Positions 8,795 through 19,610 are shown, counted from the stretch's first letter. The stretch is DNA of 62,685 nt from Candidatus Heimdallarchaeota archaeon (GCA_018238545.1 JABCTC010000022.1:1-62685); one strand, 5' to 3'. Made by a program: numbers and translations. The notes: generated from the sequence alone by a model not told the origin.

Positions 8795-11119
8795 ATGAAC
8801 TTTTCATGTTTAAAAACAAGAATTTTAATAATTTCCTTATTACTCTCCTCTATTCCTTTGACACTTGTCACTGGGAATACTTCAGATATTACTCAATCAA
8901 ATGTTTCTTTAGATGCTACGAACAAAGATTGGACTGTTTTAATCTATATGTGTGGAGATAATAATTTGGAATATTTTGCTATGGATGATTTAAACGAACT
9001 TGAAGCAGCTGGAGGCACAACTGCTGATGTTAATGTTGTAGTCATGGTAGATCAAAACACAAAGGATTATCCTGATCCTGTATATGTAAGTGATTGGACA
9101 GATTCACGATACTATGTAATCGAAGGCGATTCTGATCCTAATACATTTACTACTCCTGTCAATACTTCTTTAGGAGAGCAAAATATGGGAGATGGTGCTA
9201 CACTAGAATCTTTTATAGATTGGGGATTAACCAACTTTCCTGCTAACAATACAGCATTAATTATTTGGGATCATGGTGGTGGTTTAGGTGGTATTTGTTG
9301 GGATGATGATGACAATGATTTTCTAACAATTGATGAAGTTGATGATGCTTTAGAAGGTTATTACTTTGACATAATTGCTTTAGATGCTTGTATTATGGGC
9401 CATATAGAAATATTATATGAATTCCAAGATAATTGTGGGACACTAGTATCAAGTCTTTACAACATCCCTGGAGATGGATACCCTTATGATATTATTTTAG
9501 CAGATTTGGTTGCTGATCCAACTCAAACAGCAAGTGAATGGGCAAATACAATTGTCTATGAATATGTAAATTATTACGAATTGCATTCTTCTGCTGACGT
9601 TACTTTATCGGCTTATAATACTACAGCAATAGCAGGAATTGATACACTTGTGAATGATTTTTCACAAGCTTTGATTGCTGCACTACCAACATACTATAGC
9701 TCTATTTACAATGCAATAAATATGGCAGACAGCTATCCTCCAGAATTTGTTTGTGAATTTTATCAATTCATCGAAGAAGTGCAGAGTATAGCTGCTTTTG
9801 GCGTTGGTACAGCTGCAACCAATCTCTTGAACATGCTAGATGATGCATTAATTGCCGTGGATTCAAGTTTGTATACAACACCTTACGGGCTTTGGGTTTT
9901 TCTACCAAGCTTGCCCTATAATTACGTTAATGACTTCTACGTTTTCTCTAATCAAAGTGTAGTCAATAGTTATTCTAACGATTACTATGATCTAGAGTTT
10001 GTTGCTAATACAGACTGGGATAATTTCGTTTATCAATGGAGAGACAAAGTAGACTTTCTTGTTCCTTCAGTCTATGTAGGCTCTTATTATACCGGGACTC
10101 TCACCTATGGGCATATCCAATATATACAAGCTGATTTATCCAATCCTGGAACAGGACTTGCGTACATGGCCACCCTAACAATGGATTCAGATGTAGACTT
10201 TGATTTGTATGCTTTCAATGAAGAAATTTATCTAGGTATGCCAAACGGCATTACGACTTCAAGTACAAATATAGACGATTATCCTGAGGTGTTGATTCTT
10301 CCCATTTCAGGTGTAACTACTGTGTTCTTTATGGTATATGCTTACTCGGGTTCTGGTTCTTACACTTTGACCCTTGAAACAATAGATTATGACGATGATA
10401 TATATGAAGAAAATGACCATCTAAATTATGCTGCTTACTTAGAAATCAATAATGAATATGATCTGATTGCATACGATGACGATTTCTTTGAAATAGAATT
10501 AATCTCTGGTCAAGGTGTTGAAATATTACTGGATTTCAATCCTTCTACAGTCGATTTAGATCTTTATTTGGTTGATGAAGTCGGAACTATTGTTGACTAT
10601 AGTGAAAGCTATTCAACCGATGAATACATAGACTATACCGCAACATACACTGGTTCTTACTTCATCTATGTCAGTTTCTTTGACGGTGAATTGGGTTCAA
10701 GTTATGTTCTTGGTATTTGGTCTGATATTGGTCCAGATGTTTCAAGTATAAACCATGTACCTTTCAATCCTGACTCTGGTGAAAATGTTCAAGTTACATG
10801 TGTCGTTACAGGTCCATATACTATCACTTCTGTTATACTATCTTATTCATATGATGGTGGTTCAACATGGATGAACGTTACTATGTCTGGTGATGTTAAC
10901 GAATATTCTGGTACAATACCAGGTAGTGAAATTGCAGATGATATTCGTTACAAAATTTATGCTACAGATTCAGAAGACAATACTACGGTTACTGCTGTAA
11001 AAACAGTGACATTTGCTACTTCATTCATAGCGTTTCCATGGTTTATGATACCTGTACTACTCGTAGGCTTAGCTTTTATCAATAAGCGTTTCCTTAGAAA
11101 ACTCAGAAATAAGAACTAA
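8795..11119 (+). CDS. Secreted clostripain-family (C11) cysteine peptidase with PPC-like domains and C-terminal membrane anchor
   Basis: Signal peptide, WTVLIYMCGDNNLE, WDHGGG (His), DACIMG (Cys), DFDLY/DLDLY PPC motifs, C-terminal TM plus basic tail. Confidence 0.9.
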   Translation: MNFSCLKTRILIISLLLSSIPLTLVTGNTSDITQSNVSLDATNKDWTVLIYMCGDNNLEYFAMDDLNELEAAGGTTADVNVVVMVDQNTKDYPDPVYVSDWTDSRYYVIEGDSDPNTFTTPVNTSLGEQNMGDGATLESFIDWGLTNFPANNTALIIWDHGGGLGGICWDDDDNDFLTIDEVDDALEGYYFDIIALDACIMGHIEILYEFQDNCGTLVSSLYNIPGDGYPYDIILADLVADPTQTASEWANTIVYEYVNYYELHSSADVTLSAYNTTAIAGIDTLVNDFSQALIAALPTYYSSIYNAINMADSYPPEFVCEFYQFIEEVQSIAAFGVGTAATNLLNMLDDALIAVDSSLYTTPYGLWVFLPSLPYNYVNDFYVFSNQSVVNSYSNDYYDLEFVANTDWDNFVYQWRDKVDFLVPSVYVGSYYTGTLTYGHIQYIQADLSNPGTGLAYMATLTMDSDVDFDLYAFNEEIYLGMPNGITTSSTNIDDYPEVLILPISGVTTVFFMVYAYSGSGSYTLTLETIDYDDDIYEENDHLNYAAYLEINNEYDLIAYDDDFFEIELISGQGVEILLDFNPSTVDLDLYLVDEVGTIVDYSESYSTDEYIDYTATYTGSYFIYVSFFDGELGSSYVLGIWSDIGPDVSSINHVPFNPDSGENVQVTCVVTGPYTITSVILSYSYDGGSTWMNVTMSGDVNEYSGTIPGSEIADDIRYKIYATDSEDNTTVTAVKTVTFATSFIAFPWFMIPVLLVGLAFINKRFLRKLRNKN

Positions 11120-11185
11120 TTTCTTTTTTCTTCTTTTTTTCATTTTCAGTTAAGTTATATAGTACTAATTTATTTTCTTCTTCAG

Positions 11186-12085
11186 ATGACTAGATTGAAG
11201 ATTTTAGGCGTTGATTCAGAAAAATGTATCAAATGTGAAAAGTGTATAACATCTTGTTCTGTTAGACTTTTCTCGGTTCAAAAAGATGGCCTGGAAAAGA
11301 AAATAGTTTATGATGATCCCCATCATTTCTGTTTTAGGTGCGGACATTGTATTTCTATCTGCCCTACAGAAGCAATTTCTTATGAAGGAGAGGATAAAAC
11401 CTATGCTTTTGAAGAGATTGGTCATCCTGAATCTCTAATCAACTATGAAGACCTGATGAAGTATATAAGAGCTAGAAAATCAATAAGAATTTATAAAGAT
11501 AAATCTGTTCCTAAAGAGGAGATTAACCGTGTTTTGGAAGCTATGAGATACTCTCCTAGTGCTAGTAACAGACAAAGTAGACAGTATATAGTTATCACTA
11601 ACAGAAATAAAATTGCTTGGTTGTCTTCAAAGGTTTCAAGTTTGATGGAAAAAACAAGAAGGCTATTGCCTTTACGTTATCTTATAGCTCCTTTCTTAAG
11701 CCCTACCTTACGTAGAAGAATTATGAGCCCAAGAACTAAACGGAGTTTAGAAATGTTCTTTGAAAGAACAGACAAAGGTGACGACATGATATTCTTTAAA
11801 GCTCCAGTTGTTATCATATTATATGCTCCCTCTTACTCAAAAATGACTGGTGTTGATGCTGGAATCGCCATTACTCATGGGATGTTTGCAGCACAATCTC
11901 TCGGTTTGGGAACTTGCTGGATAGGTTTTGCACACGAATATCTTTGGAGAAGTAAGAAAACAAGAAAAGCTCTAGGAATACCTAAAAACCGTAATGTTCA
12001 TGGTGTTTTTGTAATGGGCTACCCAGATATAACATTTGAACGAGCAGCTCCAAGACGTAAATTAAAAGTAAGTTGGAAAGAGTAG
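11186..12085 (+). CDS. Nitroreductase with N-terminal 2x[4Fe-4S] ferredoxin domain
   Basis: Two CxxCxxCxxxC motifs, RKSIR, PSASNRQ, GLGTCWIG. Confidence 0.93.
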   Translation: MTRLKILGVDSEKCIKCEKCITSCSVRLFSVQKDGLEKKIVYDDPHHFCFRCGHCISICPTEAISYEGEDKTYAFEEIGHPESLINYEDLMKYIRARKSIRIYKDKSVPKEEINRVLEAMRYSPSASNRQSRQYIVITNRNKIAWLSSKVSSLMEKTRRLLPLRYLIAPFLSPTLRRRIMSPRTKRSLEMFFERTDKGDDMIFFKAPVVIILYAPSYSKMTGVDAGIAITHGMFAAQSLGLGTCWIGFAHEYLWRSKKTRKALGIPKNRNVHGVFVMGYPDITFERAAPRRKLKVSWKE

Positions 12086-12200
12086 AAAAAATATTCTCTT
12101 TGCTTACTCTTCTTTTATTTTGACATTCCCTGTTTTCAGATCAAATATGTGTGTGTCTCTTTTAACTGGGATTTGTACACTGATTTTTTCCAAATCGAGT

Positions 12201-12326
12201 CTATACAAAAGAACCTCGAATCATGATATAATTGCCATAATTATACAAATTTTTACTCTGTCTCGCTAACTGCATAAGCGTGAAACTAGGTTTCACTTTT
12301 ATCCGTTCAGTTCTTCTAACGAGCAT
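12201..12326 (-). pseudogene. tnpB: TnpB N-terminal fragment (41 codons; not in the ORF track)
   Basis: Translates MLVRRTERIKVKPSFTLMQLARQSKNLYNYGNYIM. SKNLYNxxNY is the typical N-terminal motif of RGLF-type TnpB. Confidence 0.8.
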
Positions 12327-12411
12327 TACTACTACCCTCCTTATTACATTATTTAAACCTAAAAACTCTCTCTGAACCTACATGTTAATGCGGAATAAGG
12401 CGGAAAATTCA
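12220..12411 (-). mobile_element. Left end and 5' tnpB remnant of a tnpB-only element
   Basis: 192-bp insert bounded by ATGAT(T) direct repeats. Contains TTTAAAT (12351-12357), a GGAGG SD (12336-12340) and the tnpB start. Confidence 0.7.
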
Positions 12412-13032
12412 ATCATCATAAAACTTCCAATAATCGTCAAACCAAGGAATTGATTTTATCACATCCTTCTTTGTCTCAAAATCAGTAATTAGAATTGCTT
12501 TTCCTGTACCTCTAATGGTGCTCAAATCTTCTCTGTTTTGGGGATTGATAGCAAATTCAATATTATTGTTTTTTTTAATTTCATTAATTTTTTCTCTTCC
12601 AGCGATACTAACAAACCAACAAGTATCATTGTGATAGATTAAAGCCATAGGTCTGACTCTAGGTTGATTTACATCTGAGGTGGCAAGATACATCAAAGGT
12701 TGAAGTTTCAGATAATCTAGTACATCTTCCAGTTTAGGTTCTTAATTAAATGAACACTAATATGCCTTTTTCTCTACTTGATTAGCTGTTCAACTCATAA
12801 CTCAATCACGAATGTGTTGTTAATGCTCTCGCTCTCTTAGACTTAATCTAGAATTATTTACCATATTATTTCTCGGAAATGCTTCTGTGAATCTTGAAAC
12901 GTCTTTAAATGCCAGAATAGTCCCGACAATAAGCGAATTACTATTGTATTATTCACGTAAGATTCCATGCACGTTTTTTCACATTTTAGAGAAACTTTAT
13001 TATTACTCAGTACAATTTGTTAGTTGAACAAA

Positions 13033-13896
13033 ATGACATTTTCAATAGTTGCTTATGATCCTGAAAGAAAGGAATGGGGAGTAGCTGTCCAATCAAAATT
13101 CATAGCTGTTGGTAGTATTGTACCATGGGCGAAATCTGGTGTTGGAGCTATCGCAACTCAAGCTTGGGCCAACACAAGTTATGGTCCAAAAGGTCTTGCG
13201 TTACTGGAGCAAGGATTGACAGCAGAAGACGTAATTTCCTCACTGACAAAGCAAGACGAGAAGAGAGAAGATAGACAGGTAGGTATAGTTGATTCCTATG
13301 GCAATGCTGCTTCATTTACTGGCTCAAGATGCTTTGATTGGGCTGGACATATTGTAGGGGAAAATTACTCTTGTCAGGGAAATATATTGGTTTCTGAGGA
13401 TACAGTTTTTGCAATGTCACAAGCTTATCGTGAAACTAAAGGTGATTTAGCTATCAAGCTGCTTACTGCTCTAGAAGAAGGTCAAGAAGCTGGTGGAGAT
13501 AGCAGAGGTAAACAATCAGCTGCTATACTTATTATGAAGGAAGAAGGAGCATATGATGGTAGAACTGACAAATACGTCGATGTAAGAGTTGATGAACATG
13601 AACACCCCATTAAGGAACTTAGAAGAGTCTTTGAGCTCTATAATCTTTCATTGCTTAAACGAGATGATCCTGATGATAAAGTAAAACTGGAAGGGGATGT
13701 CATGAAAGCAATAAAGGAAGTTCTCAAAGCAGATGGTTTCTATGAAAAGGATGTTGACTCTAAATACGATACTTACACTAAAGAAGCTCTGCAGAAATGG
13801 ATGCACACAAATAATTTTGAAGTTAAAGAAAGGGAAGATAATTATATGTGGGGAGCAGTTTATCGTTATATCGAAAAGAGAAAAGAAGAACTCTAA
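13033..13896 (+). CDS. DUF1028 family Ntn-hydrolase with C-terminal PG-binding-like domain
   Basis: MTFSIVA start, GVAVQSKF, GAIATQ, GGDSRGKQSAA, DVRVDEH. Confidence 0.92.
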   Translation: MTFSIVAYDPERKEWGVAVQSKFIAVGSIVPWAKSGVGAIATQAWANTSYGPKGLALLEQGLTAEDVISSLTKQDEKREDRQVGIVDSYGNAASFTGSRCFDWAGHIVGENYSCQGNILVSEDTVFAMSQAYRETKGDLAIKLLTALEEGQEAGGDSRGKQSAAILIMKEEGAYDGRTDKYVDVRVDEHEHPIKELRRVFELYNLSLLKRDDPDDKVKLEGDVMKAIKEVLKADGFYEKDVDSKYDTYTKEALQKWMHTNNFEVKEREDNYMWGAVYRYIEKRKEEL

Positions 13897-13926
13897 AGAT
13901 ATGAGTTTATTTAGTTAAAACTGAAT

Positions 13927-14385
13927 GTGATTAATATGAAATATAGAGCACCAATTCAAGTTCTTGTTTATCCCTTCAAACAATCAGAAGAGAAGATAGA
14001 ATTTCTCTTGCTAAAAAGAACAGAAGAGCGTGGAGGATTTTGGCAAGGTGTCACCGGGCATACAGAGAGAGGTGAGAAAACAATTGATGTTGCAAAACGT
14101 AAATTGCTCGAAGAAACAAGCTTCATCCCAAATTTCATTTTTCAAACTGAATGTTCATACACTATAGGTATCGGAGAAGAAATGAAGAATCAATACCCAC
14201 CTGATGTTACTGAATTAACAGAATTTGTTTTTCTCGCAAGAATTGATCAAGAAGATTATCCAAAAATAGATTCACTAGAGCATGGTGAGTGGAAATGGTG
14301 TTCTTGTGAAGAAGCATTAAAACTCTTAAAGTGGGAAGAAAACAAGAAGGCACTTGAATACTGTTATGATTTGTTAAAAGAATAG
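13927..14385 (+). CDS. NUDIX hydrolase (NudB-like), variant Nudix box
   Basis: FWQGVTGHTERGE...AKRKLLEETSF, EHGEWKW. Confidence 0.85.
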   Translation: MINMKYRAPIQVLVYPFKQSEEKIEFLLLKRTEERGGFWQGVTGHTERGEKTIDVAKRKLLEETSFIPNFIFQTECSYTIGIGEEMKNQYPPDVTELTEFVFLARIDQEDYPKIDSLEHGEWKWCSCEEALKLLKWEENKKALEYCYDLLKE

Positions 14386-14516
14386 TAAAAATTGCAAAAA
14401 AAAGTGTAGGAAGTTAAAACACCTAATTTTCGCTTTTTTTGAAAGATTTCATTTTGTTAAACAAAGTATAATCTATTTTTATATATCTGTTAGAGTATTC
14501 TTATTAGAAGATAATA

Positions 14517-15278
14517 ATGAATAATTCACCTAATAAAGAAATGTTGATTGAAGCTATCTCTACTGTCAAGATATACGAGAGTTACCGTGTTCAGAAATTG
14601 TGGGGAATTGCTTTAATTAGTATACCTTTTATCAATATTCTATTCGTTATATTATTTGAAACAACCAATCTACTATCTAGAAATTCAGAATTGATATACT
14701 TGATATCTCATTCAGTATTAATAGCCATTGTCATTGGCATTTTTTGCTATAATTTGATACGAACAAAGAAATTTAAGATAAAAAACAGTAAGATTGTATC
14801 TACATATTATGTGGTTTTGGGGATAGCATTACTACTAATATTCTACTTTTTTGCAATTAATTTCATGTTTACGGAATATTTGGAACACTACAGTCGTTCG
14901 ATTGATGGGCCATACAATAGTTTCCCATTTATATTGTTTGGTTATCCCATCCCTATTGAATCAGTACTTTCTCCTCATTATACATATGTTTACTGGGGAG
15001 ATAACATAGCTTTTTTAGCAAGTTATTTTCTCCTACGTTATAGTATAAAAGAATGTAAATTCAAAGAACTGCTTTATAGCACTATTTTCTTCTTCATTTT
15101 CGATATTTTGTCGTATATATTTGATGCATTTGTCTTTAAAACAGAAGTTTTTGGTAATGGAATTTTTCTTGTTGTACCAAGTTTTATTGCAATGTTATGT
15201 GGAATATATTCCATAAGAAGAGCTTATAAGACTTTAAATAAGCAGTCTAACTTGAATTTAAGTGATATCAATGGCTAA
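14517..15278 (+). CDS. Hypothetical multi-pass membrane protein
   Basis: About 6 TM segments, very AT-rich, overlaps the downstream wHTH gene. Confidence 0.65.
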   Translation: MNNSPNKEMLIEAISTVKIYESYRVQKLWGIALISIPFINILFVILFETTNLLSRNSELIYLISHSVLIAIVIGIFCYNLIRTKKFKIKNSKIVSTYYVVLGIALLLIFYFFAINFMFTEYLEHYSRSIDGPYNSFPFILFGYPIPIESVLSPHYTYVYWGDNIAFLASYFLLRYSIKECKFKELLYSTIFFFIFDILSYIFDAFVFKTEVFGNGIFLVVPSFIAMLCGIYSIRRAYKTLNKQSNLNLSDING

Positions 15279-15591
15279 AGAAGATAGGAAAGAGATAACG
15301 CTTCCTCCATTACATGAAATCTTTTCTTTCTCTGTCCGTTTTAATATCATGTTAATACTTCATGTTCATAAGAAGATTGATTTTACAAAGTTGCAAAAAT
15401 TGCTGAATTTAACATCAGGAAACTTATCTCATCATCTTAGCAAGCTTTCAGAAAATGGATTTATTACCACTAATAAAATGCTTTTTTCAGCACGTCCAAC
15501 AAGTATCATCCACATAACTGAAAAAGGAAAAGAGAGTTTTGCTTTGTATCTAATGCAGTTCAAATCTATTTTAGACGATATTGAGTTTTAA
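15262..15591 (+). CDS. Winged-helix transcriptional regulator (ArsR/MarR-like, HTH_34)
   Basis: FTKLQKLLNLTSGNLSHHLSKLSENGFI...ITEKGK. Confidence 0.88.
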   Translation: MISMAKEDRKEITLPPLHEIFSFSVRFNIMLILHVHKKIDFTKLQKLLNLTSGNLSHHLSKLSENGFITTNKMLFSARPTSIIHITEKGKESFALYLMQFKSILDDIEF

Positions 15592-15620
15592 GTAAATATG
15601 ATGTTCTATTAGTTACAGAA

Positions 15621-16421
15621 CTAGAGAATACTTGTCAAAAATGGTTCTATGAAATTGTCAAGAAACATCATAAAGACAAAACCTGCTACTAAACCATAGG
15701 TTGACATTCTAGAATAACCTTTATCAGTTCGGTGGGTTTCAGGTATTATTTCGTCAGCAACAACAAAGATCATTGCTCCTGCCGCAAAAGCCATTCCAAA
15801 TCCTAAGAAAAATTTTGCAATCCCAACAGCTGCAACACCAATAAAGGCTCCAAGGGGCTCTACTAATCCTGATAAAGTTGCAATAAGGAAAGCTTTTCGT
15901 TTTGTGTAACCTTCCTTCAGTAAAGGCATTGCTACGGCTGTTCCTTCAGGTATATTCTGTAAACCAATAGCTATAGCAACAATTAAACCTGTTACAATAT
16001 TTTCTCCGCCTTGCCCAAAACTTACACCCACCGCCAAACCTTCTGGAAAATTGTGTATTGTTATAGCAATAACAAATAGCCATGTTGCAGCTAATCTTTT
16101 GGAAACCCTACCTTCTGGACCTTTGACAAAATGCTTATGTGGGGTCCATTTATCAACCAGTGCGATAAAAAGCACACCAACTATTAATCCTCCACTTACA
16201 ACCCACACTCCTCCACCTTCATTAGCTGGAAGACCAAGGGCAGGGACAAGTAAACTAAACGCAGAAGCAGCTAACATCACCCCTGCTGCAAAACCTAGAA
16301 GTATATCTAAAGCTTTTTCTGATATGTCTTTAAGGAAGAACACTGGAAGCGCTCCTAATCCTGTAGCTAATCCAGCTGCAAGGGAAGCAATAGTCCCCCA
16401 AAGTATTATCGACCAATCCAT
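15621..16421 (-). CDS. ZIP family metal transporter (GufA/ZupT-like)
   Basis: GFAAGVMLAAS, HNFPEGLAVG, QNIPEG and EIIPE motifs. Confidence 0.93.
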   Translation of the reverse strand: MDWSIILWGTIASLAAGLATGLGALPVFFLKDISEKALDILLGFAAGVMLAASAFSLLVPALGLPANEGGGVWVVSGGLIVGVLFIALVDKWTPHKHFVKGPEGRVSKRLAATWLFVIAITIHNFPEGLAVGVSFGQGGENIVTGLIVAIAIGLQNIPEGTAVAMPLLKEGYTKRKAFLIATLSGLVEPLGAFIGVAAVGIAKFFLGFGMAFAAGAMIFVVADEIIPETHRTDKGYSRMSTYGLVAGFVFMMFLDNFIEPFLTSIL

Positions 16422-16553
16422 TTTGATCACATGACTAGTAACTAACAATATAGCAGCCACAACTTCCTTAATAACTTAACTTCTGCCAATTATTTGTTTA
16501 ATTGATAAAGGCAAAAATTTTTTTATCCCTTAAAGATATTTTACTTAGTAATT

Positions 16554-18059
16554 GTGATTATGATGAAAATTTCTACATTAAATAAATATCTTAGCGAATT
16601 TGATATTCCTCTGGCGATTGTAGGTGTTTTAGAGAATCCAAAGGAAGATCCAATTATATATGATGAACAAGGCAAACTTTGGAAAATTATTCAAGAAACT
16701 GTAGAACTTGGTGACTTCAAAGGTAAAAAGGGCGATCTCACAGTTGTCTATTCGAAAGGACAAATCGGTCCAAAGAGAATATTACTAGTTGGACTTGGGA
16801 AAGCAGAGAAAATAACCCTCGAAAGCATAAGAGAAGTTTTAGGAAATGCTTCTAGAAAAGCTAGAGATCTCGACGTAAAGAAAGTAGGGATTTGTGTAGA
16901 TATCTTCAACCGTGGTGATTTTACTGTTTCTGAACTATCTGAAGCACTTGTGCAAGGTATTGCTTTAGGAAGTTTCCAAGATATTGAATATCGAACAAAG
17001 GACCTAGAAAAATACAAGTTCATAGAGGAGTTAATCCTTTTCAGCCCTGATTACTCAATAGATGAAATGAAATCTGGAGCAGATAGTGGGCAAACCATCA
17101 GTGAAGCTGTTAACTTATGCCGCAAACTTGCTTGGGGACCAGCTAACTTCATCACTCCTACTAGACTTGCAGAAGAAGCTAAAAAACTTGAAGAACATGG
17201 TGTTAAAACAACTATAATAAATCGAAAAGAAGCTGAAGAAATTGGTCTAGGTAGCTATTTGGCGGTTGCAAAGGGAACCGAAGAGCCTCCTAAATTCATC
17301 ATCATGGACTATGGTTCAGAAAAACAAGATGTGGAAACAGTAGCTTTGATTGGCAAAGCTATCACATTTGATAGTGGTGGGATAAGCATCAAGCCTGGTC
17401 AGAACATGGAAAAGATGAAAGCCGATATGACTGGAGGAGCAGTAGTTATAGGCGCTATGAATGCTGTTGCTAAACTAGGTTTAGATTTGCATGTTGTAGC
17501 GATTGTTCCTGCAACTGACAATATGCCCTCTGGGAAAGCTTACCATCCTGGAGATATAATAAAAAGCTATAGCGGTCAAACTATAGAAGTGATAAATACT
17601 GATGCAGAAGGAAGAATGGTTCTAGCAGATGCCTTGACTTATGCTGCTAAACATTATCAACCAAAAGCTATGTTTGATTTTGCAACTCTAACTGGAGCAA
17701 TGATGATAGCATTAGGCGAACATGCAATAGGTTATTTCTCCAATCATGATTTCGTAGTTGAAAAACTAGAAAATGCTTCGAAAACAAGTGGAGAAAGAAT
17801 CTGGAGAATGCCTCTATGGGAAGTATATGATCAACAATTAAAGAGCGATGTAGCTGATATGAAACATACTGGTGGAAGACCAGCTGGATCTATTACTGCA
17901 GCTAGATTTCTAAGTAAGTTTACTATGGAAGTGCCTTGGGCGCATCTAGATATTGCAGGAGCAATGGAACAAAGTAGTGATAAAGACTATAATCCAAAGG
18001 GAAGCAAAGGTCCTGGAGTTAGATTAATCGTTGATTTGTTAAGAAACTGGAAAGCGTGA
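16554..18059 (+). CDS. pepA: Leucyl aminopeptidase (M17)
   Basis: GKAITFDSGG, MKADMTG, NTDAEGR, ATLTGA and HLDIAG motifs. Confidence 0.96.
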   Translation: MIMMKISTLNKYLSEFDIPLAIVGVLENPKEDPIIYDEQGKLWKIIQETVELGDFKGKKGDLTVVYSKGQIGPKRILLVGLGKAEKITLESIREVLGNASRKARDLDVKKVGICVDIFNRGDFTVSELSEALVQGIALGSFQDIEYRTKDLEKYKFIEELILFSPDYSIDEMKSGADSGQTISEAVNLCRKLAWGPANFITPTRLAEEAKKLEEHGVKTTIINRKEAEEIGLGSYLAVAKGTEEPPKFIIMDYGSEKQDVETVALIGKAITFDSGGISIKPGQNMEKMKADMTGGAVVIGAMNAVAKLGLDLHVVAIVPATDNMPSGKAYHPGDIIKSYSGQTIEVINTDAEGRMVLADALTYAAKHYQPKAMFDFATLTGAMMIALGEHAIGYFSNHDFVVEKLENASKTSGERIWRMPLWEVYDQQLKSDVADMKHTGGRPAGSITAARFLSKFTMEVPWAHLDIAGAMEQSSDKDYNPKGSKGPGVRLIVDLLRNWKA

Positions 18060-18111
18060 AGTTAACTCCATTGAGTTAATTTTATTAACTTCTTCCCTCT
18101 ATTTTCTTATT

Positions 18112-18909
18112 ATGTCGTACACAATGGAAGGGAAAGACAATCATTTCTTCTTAGCTGGTTTAACACATTTTGTTGGTTTTTTAGTATTAACAATAATATC
18201 TATGATTCAGTATTTTGTCTTTTATAGTGGAGGATATGCTTTTGAAAGCTATATCACATTCATATACATTTCAATTTTTGTCGGATTAATCATATCAGTT
18301 ATACTGAACACTATATTGTTTATGGCATTTAATAATTTAAGCTCGATAATGAATTTGAGATCATCTGAATCTACAGAATCTATTGCAAAGCTGTTTCTTG
18401 CGCTGTTGATTTTAATCGGACTAGAGTTCTTATCTTATGCTTTATCCTTCATTTCTTCAATAGACCAATTCATGCAGATAGTGATAGCAATATTATCGTT
18501 TATTTCTGCAATTATCGGATTCTTGGCATTCTTCTTTATATGGAAACTTATACAAAAACAAGAATTGACTGGTACAATAAAGATAGTCTCCTACGCCTTC
18601 CTAATTTATTCCATTACAACTCTTCTCTCGGGGATAACCTCTGGAATTTACATGTTAGGTATAGAGGATATAATGGGTGGCATCATGCCCTTATCAAATG
18701 CTTTTGGAACACTTAACTCTGGAATCTCTCATATTATTGCTTTTATTTATATCTTATTTTCAATAGGATTAGTAAATCAAAATACTGGAATAATAGTGCC
18801 TAAACGAATTCCAGAAAAAGAGATTGATCAAAAGCAGTGTAACAATTGTGGAAACATACTAAGTGGAGATGTAAAATTCTGTGTGAAATGTGGAACGAAA
18901 ATCGAATAG
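18112..18909 (+). CDS. Membrane protein with C-terminal zinc ribbon
   Basis: About 6 TM segments, CNNCG...FCVKCG. Confidence 0.75.
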   Translation: MSYTMEGKDNHFFLAGLTHFVGFLVLTIISMIQYFVFYSGGYAFESYITFIYISIFVGLIISVILNTILFMAFNNLSSIMNLRSSESTESIAKLFLALLILIGLEFLSYALSFISSIDQFMQIVIAILSFISAIIGFLAFFFIWKLIQKQELTGTIKIVSYAFLIYSITTLLSGITSGIYMLGIEDIMGGIMPLSNAFGTLNSGISHIIAFIYILFSIGLVNQNTGIIVPKRIPEKEIDQKQCNNCGNILSGDVKFCVKCGTKIE

Positions 18910-18948
18910 TTCCATACACTAATATTTTACCATTATTTCTATATATTA

Positions 18949-19473
18949 TCAAGCTTCATCTGTTTGACTAAGCGTTTTGATTCTCTCTACTCCCTTGTAA
19001 TGATCAATTAGAGGTAGGATTATCTCTGGAAGCGAATCTCTCCAACCGTCTCCTTTTTTCATATTCTCTCTAATTACTTTTCCACTGAAATCTTCTCTAT
19101 TGTTCAAGGGAATCTTTCTCACTTCTTTCTTGCCAAGTTTTGAGAACAATTGTTGAACCAAAGGGTTATTGGTAAAAACAACTTCAAAGGAAGGGACAAG
19201 ATCGATAACATTGGCTGCCCAAATAGTGTTTCTGTTAATGTCTGGAATAGCTGTAATATAAAACAGATTGATATTGAAATGTTCTCTTACAATTGTAGTT
19301 ACCATTTCTAATCTTTCTCCACCTGTGAAAGGATTCTTAAGAGAATAGGCCTTCTCACCACTACCTATTAGGATGATAATCTCGTCGATATCTGTTTGCG
19401 CAAGAATGTACTCTATAGAATAAATGTGACCTTTGTGAGGAGGATTGAATCTGCCAAGATATAAAGCTCTCAT
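18949..19473 (-). CDS. nadM: Nicotinamide-nucleotide adenylyltransferase (archaeal NadM)
   Basis: GRFNPPHKGH, NPFTGGER, SGKVIR motifs. Confidence 0.92.
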   Translation of the reverse strand: MRALYLGRFNPPHKGHIYSIEYILAQTDIDEIIILIGSGEKAYSLKNPFTGGERLEMVTTIVREHFNINLFYITAIPDINRNTIWAANVIDLVPSFEVVFTNNPLVQQLFSKLGKKEVRKIPLNNREDFSGKVIRENMKKGDGWRDSLPEIILPLIDHYKGVERIKTLSQTDEA

Positions 19474-19610
19474 TTCAAATAAAAATAAACATTCGAGAAT
19501 ATATGTGTTTGCAATTAATTGCTGTGAATATGAATGTTAGATGCAATCCGTAAAGACAATGTATACTGCTGAACGAGAAATCATTTTTCTATCAACATAT
19601 ATTTTAGTAA

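Larger units (their letters stand above)
12104..12741 (-). pseudogene. Pyridoxamine 5'-phosphate oxidase-like (general stress) protein, interrupted by a tnpB remnant
   Basis: N part 12412-12741 (YLATSDVNQPRVRPM...YWKFYDD) has no intact start. C part ~12104-12219 (LYRLDLEKISVQIP...) lies after the insert and needs a further frameshift. Confidence 0.7.

Noticed and set aside
12409-12411. TGA after YWKFYDD as a selenocysteine/readthrough codon
   Set aside because: The TGA is the first bases of the inserted element; the host gene resumes ~190 bp further on.
12745-13020. Unassigned intergenic stretch with a 36-codon minus-strand ORF
   Set aside because: No recognisable motif, structure or expression signal.
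16051-16434. 127-aa plus-strand ORF and similar antisense ORFs (e.g. 7959, 21074, 24078, 28675, 46420, 53653, 54724)
   Set aside because: They are shadows opposite well-supported genes, with no motifs of their own.
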